Shown piece by piece: positions 11,158 through 20,799 of a DNA stretch of 64,000 bases. The DNA lies in NCBI GenBank assembly GCA_963788195.1, contig CAWBGA010000002.1:256001-320000 (forward strand), read 5' to 3'. Positions within the stretch are counted from its first letter, which is position 1. Every line of letters starts with the position of its first letter. The DNA comes from Nitrospirota bacterium. Lineage in GTDB: Bacteria > Nitrospirota > Nitrospiria > Nitrospirales > NS-4. Below the pieces are notes generated by a model, which searched no databases, was not told where the DNA came from, and saw nothing but the letters and a program-made list of their open reading frames with translations. A program made the translations under genes and the position numbers.

Positions 11158-12567
11158 ATGGAAGTTGTGAACGCTGTCGTGCCCAATACGCTCGCAGGAA
11201 CCCAGCCCTCAGTGTCAGGAACCCCCGTCAATCCCGGTAGTCCAGCACTTGCCAAGGGCGCTAGCCTCGCAACCGCCGGCCTGGTAGTTGCGGGCACCGG
11301 TGCCACCGTCCCATCTGCGGCGATAGATTCGGCGGCGGCCGGATTACTTTTTGGAATGGTCCTGGCGCAACTCGCCGTTGTCAAGGAGGCCGAGGTCAAG
11401 GAGGCGGATACAGAGGCTGCGGACGTATCTCAGACCCAAGCGCAACCTTCTCCTGACCAGATATCGATGTTAGCCTCGCTCGTACCAGCGCTGGTCACGA
11501 TACAGGTTGCACCTCAAGCTATCACCATGCCTCGCGAAACGTCGGCTGCGGAGCTTAGTGGGATCTCGAGGCCTGGTACCCAGGCAAGCTCTGTGCAGCT
11601 CAACGCGAGCAACGTTACCGCAGAACCCGTATTGTCAACGGACCTTGGTAAGGATCTCAAAGCCGGCCAGCGCCATAACCAAGGGCCGGTCCTCGACCGG
11701 ACGCTACCTGGAACCCCGGCGCCGACTCCGTCTGTGGTCCTGCCCCTGGCTCTAACGCAGGATCAGGAGCAGAGCGTTCAAACATTCATGACCCCGGTTC
11801 CATCAGCAGCAGAGGTGGACAATCAGAGTGAGACCGCTGCGGTGCACGATGCCGGCTTTAATGCGGCATCATTGAGTGCGCTTGCGAAAACCGACAAAAG
11901 CCCTGATCGATCCTCAGCCGCGCTGCCGGCTTCACTCCTGGTTGATGCGATGCCGACAAATATGGACAAAAACCGGAATGACCTCTTGAAGGGTCTTTTG
12001 GAGGACACGACCGGAAGTGTTCTAGAGCTTGCGCCGGTAGTAAGCGACAAGATTCCCACCGAGTTTATCGCCGGTCGCAGCTCATCTCCGGCCCCAGTAA
12101 CAGAGGGGACGGCGCCTCAGGCGACGGCGGTGGTATCTACCCCCGCTGCTTTGCCGACGATAACGCCTCGGGAGACGATTCGTCTCGATCTCGGCCCCTC
12201 GGACCTGGGCCGCGTCACCGTGCAGGTTTCCGTGCAGTCCCAGCAAGTCCAGGCAACGGTGGGAGTAGAACACCGAGGGCTAGGGGAATTTCTTGCCGCC
12301 GGCCACGTCGTCCTAGACCAGGCCATGCGACAGCATGGGCTCCGTCTGGAGGAGCTTCATGTCGAGTCCCTCGTAAATCCAGATATGCTCGGACCTGGGG
12401 ACGGCCGGACCGGATTCCTAGATCATGGCCAATCCCGAGAGGATGCCCCGGGTTCCATGCGTGAGTCTCAGGCCCGACAGGGCTCGGACAGCGAAGCAAT
12501 CATGGCCAACGCCGATCACATCCTTGAACCACTTTCTGGCCGGTATCGCATCAATCTGTTTGCCTGA
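11158..12567 (+). CDS. fliK: Hook-length control protein FliK
   Basis: Low-complexity A/P/S/T N-terminus; C-terminal IRLDLGPSDLGRVTVQV...LDQAMRQHGLRL; upstream of flgD. Confidence 0.85.
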   Translation: MEVVNAVVPNTLAGTQPSVSGTPVNPGSPALAKGASLATAGLVVAGTGATVPSAAIDSAAAGLLFGMVLAQLAVVKEAEVKEADTEAADVSQTQAQPSPDQISMLASLVPALVTIQVAPQAITMPRETSAAELSGISRPGTQASSVQLNASNVTAEPVLSTDLGKDLKAGQRHNQGPVLDRTLPGTPAPTPSVVLPLALTQDQEQSVQTFMTPVPSAAEVDNQSETAAVHDAGFNAASLSALAKTDKSPDRSSAALPASLLVDAMPTNMDKNRNDLLKGLLEDTTGSVLELAPVVSDKIPTEFIAGRSSSPAPVTEGTAPQATAVVSTPAALPTITPRETIRLDLGPSDLGRVTVQVSVQSQQVQATVGVEHRGLGEFLAAGHVVLDQAMRQHGLRLEELHVESLVNPDMLGPGDGRTGFLDHGQSREDAPGSMRESQARQGSDSEAIMANADHILEPLSGRYRINLFA

Positions 12568-12581
12568 AACAAGGAGACTTC

Positions 12582-13244
12582 ATGTTAGAAACAAGTTCTA
12601 TTCAAGGCGCATCAGGGCAGCCGACAGTAATCAAGGGGCCGGACCAGACCCTGGGACAAGACCAGTTCCTCAACCTGCTGGTCGCGCAGCTCAAGAATCA
12701 GAATCCGCTTGACCCGTTCGATGATGCCCAAATGATGGCACAGCTCGCCCAGTTCAGCCAATTGGAGCAGACCAAGCAAATGACGACGGCAATGAATGCC
12801 TTCATCAAGCAGCAAGGCGCCGCAAACGCGACGAATCTTACGGCCCTGTTGGGCAAGCACGTGACCGCGCAAGGGTCTGCATTCTCCTTGACGCCAGGAA
12901 CGCCCTCAGCGCTGTCTTTCAACTTGGAGGGCAATGCCGCAACAGTCACGGTGCAGGTGCTCAACGCGGCGGGAGCGCCGGTGCGTACATGGAATGGCAC
13001 GAATCAGGCCGCGGGTATACAGAATACGATGTGGGATGGCAAGGACGACGCAGGCAACACGTTACCGACCGGTCAGTACTCGTTTACGGTAACAGCAAAG
13101 GGTGCGGCTGGTGTCGCAGTGCCTGCCACGACGCAGACGACGGGTGTCGTCAATAGCATTCGTTACGACGCCGCGGGTCCGGTCCTGATTTTCGATAACG
13201 GGCAGGTCGTTCTTCCGAGCTCAATTGTCAGCGTTCAATCGTAA
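12582..13244 (+). CDS. flgD: Hook capping protein FlgD
   Basis: FLNLLVAQLKNQNPLDP, AQLAQFSQLEQ, WDGKDDAG. Confidence 0.95.
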   Translation: MLETSSIQGASGQPTVIKGPDQTLGQDQFLNLLVAQLKNQNPLDPFDDAQMMAQLAQFSQLEQTKQMTTAMNAFIKQQGAANATNLTALLGKHVTAQGSAFSLTPGTPSALSFNLEGNAATVTVQVLNAAGAPVRTWNGTNQAAGIQNTMWDGKDDAGNTLPTGQYSFTVTAKGAAGVAVPATTQTTGVVNSIRYDAAGPVLIFDNGQVVLPSSIVSVQS

Positions 13245-13269
13245 ATAAGCACATAGGAGATACTAGACC

Positions 13270-14959
13270 ATGGGAATTCTGTCAGCACTCTTCGCCGCCG
13301 TCAGCGGATTAAACGCCAACGGCACTAACCTTTCCATCATCGGCAACAACATCGCCAATACCGGCACCGTGGGCTTTAAGTCCAGCCGCGCCAATTTCGC
13401 CGACATCGTCAATTCCAGCTTGGGCGGCGCGTCCGGCTCCACCTCCAGCGGCATCGGGGTGTTCTTGTCCGGCATTCAGTCCAATTTTACGCAGGGATCG
13501 TTACAGACCACCAACAACGCCCTCGATATGGCGGTGGACGGTAACGGGTTCTTTCAGGTGAAGGATAATTCGGGCGCGGCCTTTTATACGCGCGCCGGCC
13601 AATTCAATGTCAACAAGGACGGTGATGTCGTGAACCCCGACGGCTTGAAACTCCAGGGCTTCCAGGCGGACGCTCTGGGACAGATTACGGGCAGCATCGA
13701 CGGTATCAATCTGTCCACGACCACCTCGCCACCGAATGCCACAACGAAGATTGACATTTCGGCGAATGTGAATTCGCAATCCGATCCCGTCGGGGTGGAA
13801 GCGACCCTCGTCTCATCAGCCGCGAGCGCGACAACCAGCGCGGCAGGCAACCTGTCATTTAACATCAACCTCAATGGCGACGGCGCCCAGGTCGTCACCG
13901 TGGCCGCCGGGTTGACCACGAGCCGGGCTGGCTTCGGCGATCCAGACTGCCGTGCGCGCTATGAACGCGGTAGATCCATTCAAAGATGCCGCCTATGACG
14001 GTTTCACGGCCGCATATGACATCAATACTTCGAAGTTCACCTTCACGTCAGGCATCACTGGCGTTCCGAACAGCGCCGGCAGCACCGGCACGGCCGTGGT
14101 CACGGCGGTCGCTGGGGATACGCTGGGAACGACGACGTTCATGACGACCGGCGTGTCAACCACCGGGACCGCTTTTGACATTGCCGATCCGACGTCGAAC
14201 TCGAATTTCTCGACGGCCTTGACCGTCTATGACTCGCTCGGCATCGGCCATGTCATGAACACGTATTTCACGAAGACCGGGACGAACGTATGGAACTATA
14301 ATCAGGTCACCGATGCCAGCGATGTCACGGTGAATGCAGGCTTCGCCTCCGGCGCCAACGCGTTGGTGGCATCCGGGACGATCACGTTTACCACCAACGG
14401 CGCGCTCGACCGCGAGAGCACGATCACGTATCACAATGCAGGTGGCAATGGAATCGACTTCCTTGGAGCCACGGCCGGTCTGGCACTCGAGACGAATTTC
14501 GGGACTAGCGTCACGACGGACGGCGGGACCGGCTTTGATATGACGACGCAGTTCGGGTCACTATCCGCATTGGTGAATCAGGCCCAGGATGGGTACGCTT
14601 CCGGTTCGCTCCAGGGGCTGTCGGTGAACACTATCGGCATGGTGACGGGCCGTTTTTCCAACGGCCAGCTGCGGACGCTGGCCCAGGTGGCTCTGGCGCG
14701 CTTCAACAATTCGCAGGGGCTGTCCAAAGTCGGAAAGAACCTTGTGGCGGAGGCGGGCGACTCGGGTTCGCCGATCATCGGCAAGCCGGACAGCTCAGGC
14801 CTGGGCCGAACACTATCGAATTCTCTCGAGCTGTCGAACGTGGACTTAGGTGAAGAATTCATCAGTCTCATCGGCGCTCAGCGAGGCTTCCAGGCCAATG
14901 CGCGGGTCGTGACCACCGCGGACGAAATTCTCGGTGAGCTCGTCAATCTGAAGCGATAG
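13270..14959 (+). CDS. flgE: Flagellar hook protein FlgE (~560 aa), frameshift near 13920
   Basis: N-terminal IGNNIANTGTVGFKSSR and YTRAGQF; C-terminal LELSNVDLGEEFISLIGAQRGFQANAR in ORF 13952. Confidence 0.93.
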
Positions 14960-14969
14960 TCTTCTCTCA

Positions 14970-15002
14970 TGGGCGGGCTGCATGACGCAGCCCGCCCAGT
15001 TT
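14970..15002 (+). terminator. Intrinsic-terminator-like hairpin after flgE
   Basis: TGGGCGGGCTGC-ATGAC-GCAGCCCGCCCA, 12-bp perfect stem followed by GTTT. Confidence 0.65.
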
Positions 15003-15037
15003 GAGCGGGGGCCCGTCGGGAATCAGGATGCCGCCCA

Positions 15038-15118
15038 AAAGGGGACAGGCTACTTTTTTTCCGGTTCATCAGCCTGCATCCCCCATCCTCACCCCTAAAA
15101 AAGTAGCCTGTCCCCTTT
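15038..15118. repeat. MITE/REPIN-like element with 22-bp perfect inverted repeats
   Basis: AAAGGGGACAGGCTACTTTTTT (15038-15059) and its exact reverse complement (15097-15118), 37-bp spacer. Confidence 0.8.
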
Positions 15119-15440
15119 CTATGAGTCGTGGACAGCGCCTTATCCCGTGGTCCCCCTCGAACCTGTCCCGGTTTGTGTTTCTGTATCCCGCGGAGCCTCA
15201 GCGTAGGTTCCGTCAGTCCAGCTGTACTCTCCCTTGCGCAATTGCGCTCTAAATTGACTAAATAAATACACGTGCGAAACATATCCTAACTATGTTCTCG
15301 AGGGGCAATCCTTCTCTTTTGCAACGTCAAGAAGGTGACAACGCCGCCTGACAAGTTTGACGGCGATTGGTGATCTAGGCGGCAGTGGTCCATCTAATGG
15401 GGGTTGCCCGAGGTAGCACCCTCTATATTCCGTGTATTCC

Positions 15441-15456
15441 TGGCATATCGCTTGCT
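15441..15456 (+). promoter_or_regulatory. Sigma54 promoter for the fliL-fliA operon
   Basis: TGGCAT-ATCGC-TTGCT, GG-N10-GC, 50 bp upstream of fliL. Confidence 0.85.
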
Positions 15457-15506
15457 CACTCTGTCAAGCGTACTAGGTTATTTTACCAAGGTCGTCTGGA
15501 GGACGT

Positions 15507-16053
15507 ATGGCAACGAAAGAGAAGACCAAAGAGGCGACCGACGGCGAAGGCGCGGAGGCGGTAGTGCCGAAGAAAAGCTCCATGAAGTGGATCATCGTGG
15601 GGGTCGTGGTGTTGTTGCTTGTGGGCGGAGGAGGCGCCTTTGCCTGGTTCAAATTTTTGGCGCCCCATAAGGTGGAGGCGAAAGCGGGACGAGAACAAAG
15701 CCGGGGAGGTGAAAGCCACCGAAGGTAAGCCGGAGGCGGGGACGACCACAAAGATCGGACCCATCTTCGATTTGGACCCCTTTATCGTCAATCTGGCTGA
15801 TGCTGAACCGCGTTTCCTGAAAGTCACAATCAAGCTCGAACTTGACGGACCGCTCGTGAAAGCGGAGGTGGGAGAGCGCATGCCCCAGGTGCGGGATGCG
15901 GTGCTCCTTCTCTTGAGCAGCAAAGAAACCCAGATGCTCAAGCCCACGGCAGGAAAGTTACAGCTTCGCGATGAAATCCTGCTTCGAATCAACGCCCTGC
16001 TGGCGAACGGTCAGGCCAGAAACGCCTACTTTACCGAGTTCGTGGTGCAATGA
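15507..16053 (+). CDS. fliL: Flagellar basal-body protein FliL, frameshift near 15690
   Basis: N-terminal TM in ORF 15507; LDPFIVNLAD..RFLKV..RDAVLLLLS..YFTEFVVQ in ORF 15619. Confidence 0.92.
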
Positions 16054-17036
16054 GCGAAAAGATCCTAAGCCAGGATGAGATCGACGCGCTGTTAAAGGGC
16101 GTTGCCACCGGCGCCGTGGAGACCGAGCCCGAAGGGGGAGACAGAAGCGCCGGCGGCGATCACCGCTTTTAACTTTGCTGGTCAGGACCGAGTGGTCCGT
16201 GGCCGTATGGCCGCGCTGGATATTATCCATGATCGGTTTACGAAACTTTTGACAGCCACCTTCACCCGATCTCTGCATCGTTCTCTCGACGTCAAGATCC
16301 TGGGCACTGAAATCGTGAAGTTTGGAGTGCTGATGAGTCGACTTCCCCTTCCATCTTCACTGGTCATCTTCAAAATGGACCCGTTGCGCGGCAATGGTCT
16401 GCTGGCGATGGATGCCTCGCTGGTGTACCTGCTCACGGACTATTACTTCGGCGGCGGCGGGCAGGGTGACGTCAAGCCGGAAGGTCGGGACTTCACGCCG
16501 ATTCAGCTCAGGATCATTCGCAATATCGGCGCTCTTGCTCTTCTGGATCTGGAGAAAGCCTGGAAGGGCGCCCACGCCATTAAAGCCGAGGTTCTGCGGG
16601 TCGAGAGCAATCCCCAATTCGCGATGGTCATTACGGCTCGCGAATTGGCCCTGGTCGTCACGTTACAGCTCAAATCGCGGATATCACGAAAGAGTTCTTT
16701 CTTTGTTATCCGTACTCCATGCTGGAACCGATCAAGGAGAAGCTCTATGCCGGCTTCATGAACGATCAGTACGAAGTGGATCAGCACTGGGCGATTCGGT
16801 TGCGTGAAGAGATCCAGTACTGCTCTATGGAAATCGCCGTGGAGTTGGGCCAAGCCACGATTCATGTCGAAGATCTCATGGGATTTGCGCTCGGCGACGT
16901 CGTTCTTCTGGACAAGAGCTATGGCGATCCGGTCGTGGCGTCGATCGAGAACATTCCGAGGTTCAAAGGCACGCTCGGTGTGGTGAAGGGACAACAAGCG
17001 CTCCAAGTGGTCTCCATGATCACGTCCGGAGAATGA
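16050..17036 (+). CDS. fliM: Motor switch protein FliM, frameshifts near 16135 and 16675
   Basis: ATG 16050 reads MSEKILSQDEIDALL; middle RDFTPI..ESNPQF; C-terminal SpoA domain in ORF 16719. Confidence 0.92.
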
Positions 17037-17055
17037 GAGCGCAAGAGGAGAAAAC

Positions 17056-17424
17056 ATGAGTGAGAGCGAAGCCAGTACCGTCGCAGAAGACAAGGCGGCA
17101 GCCGCGGCGGCCGCACGCCCTGCCGATTTCCCGACGCTTGAGCCGACCGCCCCGACCGGCACCCCGAATCCCGTCGACTTTATCCTGGATATACCTCTGC
17201 AGCTGTCTGTGCGGATCGGCTCCACGCGCATGTTGATCCGCGATTTGCTGCAGCTCGGGCAGGGATCGGTGATTGAGCTGGACAAGTTGGCGGGCGAGCC
17301 GATGGAAGTGTTGGTCAACGGGAAATTGGTCGCGCGCGGGGAAGCGGTCGTGGTGAACGAGAAGCTCGGCGTGCGCCTGACGGACGTCATCAGTCCGATG
17401 GAGCGTGTACGGCATCTCCAATAA
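17056..17424 (+). CDS. fliN: Motor switch protein FliN
   Basis: ILDIPLQLSVRIG...GSVIELDKLAGEP...ARGEAVVV. Confidence 0.96.
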   Translation: MSESEASTVAEDKAAAAAAARPADFPTLEPTAPTGTPNPVDFILDIPLQLSVRIGSTRMLIRDLLQLGQGSVIELDKLAGEPMEVLVNGKLVARGEAVVVNEKLGVRLTDVISPMERVRHLQ

Positions 17425-17460
17425 GTTCACGGCCACACATCTAACAGAACCGAGGACACA

Positions 17461-17868
17461 GTGGATTTAACAAACAGCTTGGTGAAGATGGTTTCATCTC
17501 TGGCCGTGGTGCTGGCGCTTGTTCTCCTGGCGGCAGCGGTGGCGCGCCGCTGGCTGGGCACAAGCCTGGTTGCGCGGCTTCCGAGGCAATCCATCCGCAT
17601 GGCTGGCTCCCTGGCCTTGGGCGGCCGCCGCAGCGTCCTGGTGATTGAAATAGCCGGGCGCACTCTCGTCGTCGGAGCCACCGCGCAGCAATTGGTGCTG
17701 TTGACCCAATTCGACAAGGCCGATACCGAAGTAATGGACGAGCCCTCGCTTTTCGAGTCGGAGTTTCTCGAACCGCGGCCGCCGTCCCTGGCTGATTCCT
17801 GGCAGGCGCGCTGGGCCCACGCGCTGAGCGACTGTCGGCAGCGGTTCATCGCACGGAGTCCCCGGTGA
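17461..17868 (+). CDS. fliO: Flagellar biosynthesis protein FliO
   Basis: N-terminal [24 protein letters not shown]. Confidence 0.88.
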   Translation: MDLTNSLVKMVSSLAVVLALVLLAAAVARRWLGTSLVARLPRQSIRMAGSLALGGRRSVLVIEIAGRTLVVGATAQQLVLLTQFDKADTEVMDEPSLFESEFLEPRPPSLADSWQARWAHALSDCRQRFIARSPR

Positions 17869-18623
17869 AAATGCGGATGTTGGGGGTGATCGGGCTTGTG
17901 ATGCTGATGGCGCTCGGCTGGCTGGGGACTGCTCTGGGAGCGTCGCCTCCCTTGCCGGTGATTTCGATCCAAGTCGGGGAAGCCGGCGCCGGCGGACCGT
18001 CCGTGGCGATGCAGATCGTGCTCCTGTTGACCGTGCTCTCGCTTGCTCCGGCGCTTTTTGTCATGGTCACCTCCTTCACGCGCATCGTGATTGTCCTGGC
18101 GTTTCTGCGACAGGCGTTGGGCACGCAGCAAGTGCCCCCGAACCAGGTCCTGGTCGGCCTCGCGATGTTCCTCACATTCTTCATCATGAGCCCCGTCTGG
18201 GACAAACTTAACGCGGATGCCCTTCAGCCATATTTCGACCAGAAAATCTCGCAAGAGGAAGCGCTGACGCGGGCAGCCAAGCCGCTGCGGCAATTCATGC
18301 TCAACCAGGTCCGAGAGAAAGATCTTGCCCTGTTTGTGCGTATCGCCAAGCTTGCGCCGCCCAAAACCCCGGACGACATCCCGATTCACATCGTGGTTCC
18401 AGCGTTTATCGTCGGAGAACTGCGCACCGCCTTTCAGATCGGCTTCGTGATCGCGATCCCGTTCATGATCGTCGATATGGTCGTGGCCAGTGTGCTGATG
18501 TCCATGGGCATGATGCTGCTTCCGCCGGTGCTGGTTTCGATCCCGTTCAAGCTGGTGCTTTTCGTACTCGCCGACGGATGGCTGCTGGTGGTCGGCTCAC
18601 TGGTTGGGAGCTTCGTGCCATGA
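17865..18623 (+). CDS. fliP: Export gate protein FliP
   Basis: [42 protein letters not shown]. Confidence 0.97.
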   Translation: MKMRMLGVIGLVMLMALGWLGTALGASPPLPVISIQVGEAGAGGPSVAMQIVLLLTVLSLAPALFVMVTSFTRIVIVLAFLRQALGTQQVPPNQVLVGLAMFLTFFIMSPVWDKLNADALQPYFDQKISQEEALTRAAKPLRQFMLNQVREKDLALFVRIAKLAPPKTPDDIPIHIVVPAFIVGELRTAFQIGFVIAIPFMIVDMVVASVLMSMGMMLLPPVLVSIPFKLVLFVLADGWLLVVGSLVGSFVP

Positions 18624-18889
18624 CGCCGGAGATGGTCATGGAACTCGGCCGCTCTGCCATCGAGACAATGATCTTGCTCTCGGCTCCCATGTTACTGTTC
18701 AGCCTCGGGGCAGGGCTGCTGGTCAGCGTCTTTCAAGCGGTCACGCAAATCAATGAAGCGACCCTCAGCTTTGTTCCAAAGATCCTCGCGGTCTTTTTAG
18801 CTTTCCTCCTGTTTTTCCCCTGGATGATGAGCCTGGGCGTCGGCTACACGGTCACTCTCCTGAACAACATCCCCATGTACGCCAAGTAA
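18620..18889 (+). CDS. fliQ: Export gate protein FliQ
   Basis: [20 protein letters not shown] 18620 overlaps the fliP stop. Confidence 0.96.
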   Translation: MTPEMVMELGRSAIETMILLSAPMLLFSLGAGLLVSVFQAVTQINEATLSFVPKILAVFLAFLLFFPWMMSLGVGYTVTLLNNIPMYAK

Positions 18890-18892
18890 CCC

Positions 18893-19684
18893 ATGGCGAA
18901 TCTACTCCCATTGATCCAGGACTACCTCCCGCTGTTTTGGGTGATTTTGATTCGGGTAGGGGGGATTCTGGTTGCGATACCCGCCATCGGCAGCCGCACC
19001 GTGCCGCTTCAGGTTCGGATCGGATTAGTCATCGGCATCACGGTCATTCTTTTTCCGATGGTGTCGGATCATGTTCCCCTCAGCATCTCGTCCCCGCAGA
19101 TTCTGCCTCTCATGTTCACTGAATTCATGATCGGAATGGTGCTTGGGTTTGCGATCCGCTTTGTGATGACTGCGTTCGAGATTGCCGGGGAGCTGATCGG
19201 GGTTCAGATGGGCATCAACTTGATCGGCGCCCTCGATCCTGTTCAAGGGGGGGGAAGCGTCCCGATTGTCGGGCAGTTCATGGGCATGCTGGGCATGCTG
19301 GTCTTCCTCGCGATCGACGGCCATCACATGATGTTTGAAGCCCTCGTAGCAAGTTTTCAGCTTGTGCCTCCCCTGCAGTTCCACTTCAGCGGCCGGCTTG
19401 TAGAAGCGATATTGACCCTTGGCGTCGGCATGTTCGTCCTCGCCTTGAAAATAGGAGCGCCCGTGATGACGGCGCTCTTTATCGTGACATTGGGAATGGG
19501 AATCCTTGGGCGGAGCATCCCCCAACTCAACGTCATGCTGAATAACGTTCCGGTGACCATCGGTGTCGGCCTGCTCGTGCTTGGGCTCTCCCTGCCGTTA
19601 TTCGGGACCATCGCGGAAGCTAATTTGCGCGGTCTCGGTCCGACGCTTCAGGGGCTGCTTTCCTTAATGGGACCTGCGCAATGA
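18893..19684 (+). CDS. fliR: Export gate protein FliR
   Basis: Multi-TM, AGELIGVQMG, IDGHH, RSIPQLNV. Confidence 0.95.
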   Translation: MANLLPLIQDYLPLFWVILIRVGGILVAIPAIGSRTVPLQVRIGLVIGITVILFPMVSDHVPLSISSPQILPLMFTEFMIGMVLGFAIRFVMTAFEIAGELIGVQMGINLIGALDPVQGGGSVPIVGQFMGMLGMLVFLAIDGHHMMFEALVASFQLVPPLQFHFSGRLVEAILTLGVGMFVLALKIGAPVMTALFIVTLGMGILGRSIPQLNVMLNNVPVTIGVGLLVLGLSLPLFGTIAEANLRGLGPTLQGLLSLMGPAQ

Positions 19685-20742
19685 GTGACGAAGCGGGAGA
19701 ACGTACTGAAGAGGCAACTCCGCGGCGCATCGAGGATGCGCGAAAAAAGGGCCAGGTCGCAAGCAGCCGGGAGCTCTCCATGGCGTTATCGCTGGCGGCG
19801 ATCGTCGCCTCTGGGAGTCTCATGGGCGTGTACGCGTTCGGGCAGTTAGCAACTACCATGCGGCAATGGCTTGCTACCGCCGGCACCACGAAGGTGACGG
19901 AGAGCACCTTTCAGACACTGGCGATGTACGCCGGGCGCGATGTCCTCACCATAGTGGTGCCGTTCGGTCTCGTGTTGACGGCGGTGGCGATCGGCGCCCA
20001 GATCGTGCAGGGCGGTTTGGTCTTGTCGAGCGAAAAGCTCAAATGGGACCTTATGAAATTGAGCCCGCTCGCCGGATTTAAGCGCATCTTCTCGATGCGC
20101 GCGCTCATGGAGCTGCCCAAAACTATCTTCAAGATCGGAATCGTAACAGCAGTCGTCTATTGGAATCTTAAGGACGAGATCCTGGCGCTGCCTCTCATGC
20201 TCCAGATGGAGCCGACAGTGGTGCTTTTCCACGCGGGAAAACTCGCGTTGTCCTTGACGATGTGGATGGCCGGCGCGCTTGGCGTACTGGGGATGGCCGA
20301 CTACGCATTCCAGCGATGGCAGCTCGGACGAGATTTGCGGATGACCAAGCAACAGGTGAAGGAGGAACACCGTGAATCTGAGGGCGATCCGATGATTCGG
20401 TCGCGCATCCGAGCCCTCCAGCGCGAACAGGCAAGAAAACGCATGATGCAGGAAGTGCCCAAGGCCGACGTGGTCATCACGAATCCCACTCACGTGGCTG
20501 TGGCTCTCAAATATGAGGGGACGCGGATGGCGGCGCCGACGGTGGTGGCGAAGGGGTCGGGCTACATTGCCGAGCGCATCCGAGAGGTGGCCGCCGAGCA
20601 CGGTGTGCCGATCATCGAGAACAAGCCTTTGGCCAGGAGCCTTAATGAACTGGTCGATCTCGGCAAGGAGATACCGGCAGATCTGTATCAGGCAGTAGCC
20701 GAAATCCTCGCCATGCTGTTGCGAGCGAAGGGACGGCTCTAG
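19681..20742 (+). CDS. flhB: Export switch protein FlhB
   Basis: TEEATPRR, EGDP, autocleavage NPTH. Confidence 0.97.
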   Translation: MSDEAGERTEEATPRRIEDARKKGQVASSRELSMALSLAAIVASGSLMGVYAFGQLATTMRQWLATAGTTKVTESTFQTLAMYAGRDVLTIVVPFGLVLTAVAIGAQIVQGGLVLSSEKLKWDLMKLSPLAGFKRIFSMRALMELPKTIFKIGIVTAVVYWNLKDEILALPLMLQMEPTVVLFHAGKLALSLTMWMAGALGVLGMADYAFQRWQLGRDLRMTKQQVKEEHRESEGDPMIRSRIRALQREQARKRMMQEVPKADVVITNPTHVAVALKYEGTRMAAPTVVAKGSGYIAERIREVAAEHGVPIIENKPLARSLNELVDLGKEIPADLYQAVAEILAMLLRAKGRL

Positions 20743-20761
20743 AGATGGTCAACCATTTCCC

Positions 20762-20788
20762 TGTCATCCTGAACGAAGTGAAGGATCT
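20762..20788 (+). repeat. REP-like hairpin repeat, copy 1
   Basis: TGTCATCCTGAACGAAGTGAAGGATCT in the flhB-flhA gap; homologous to 48050-48102. Confidence 0.75.
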
Positions 20789-20799
20789 AGGTTTGTAGC

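Noticed and set aside
14878..15282. ORFs 14878..15282 (-) and 15001..15252 (+) in the flgE-fliL gap
   Set aside because: They run through the terminator and the inverted-repeat element; peptides such as KKVACPL are translations of the repeat
15298..15415. GGGCAATCC...GGGTTGCCC pairing as a possible c-di-GMP riboswitch
   Set aside because: Lacks the GEMM core (GGCAAA...GNRA...GCAAAG) and lies upstream of the sigma54 promoter, so it would not be in that transcript
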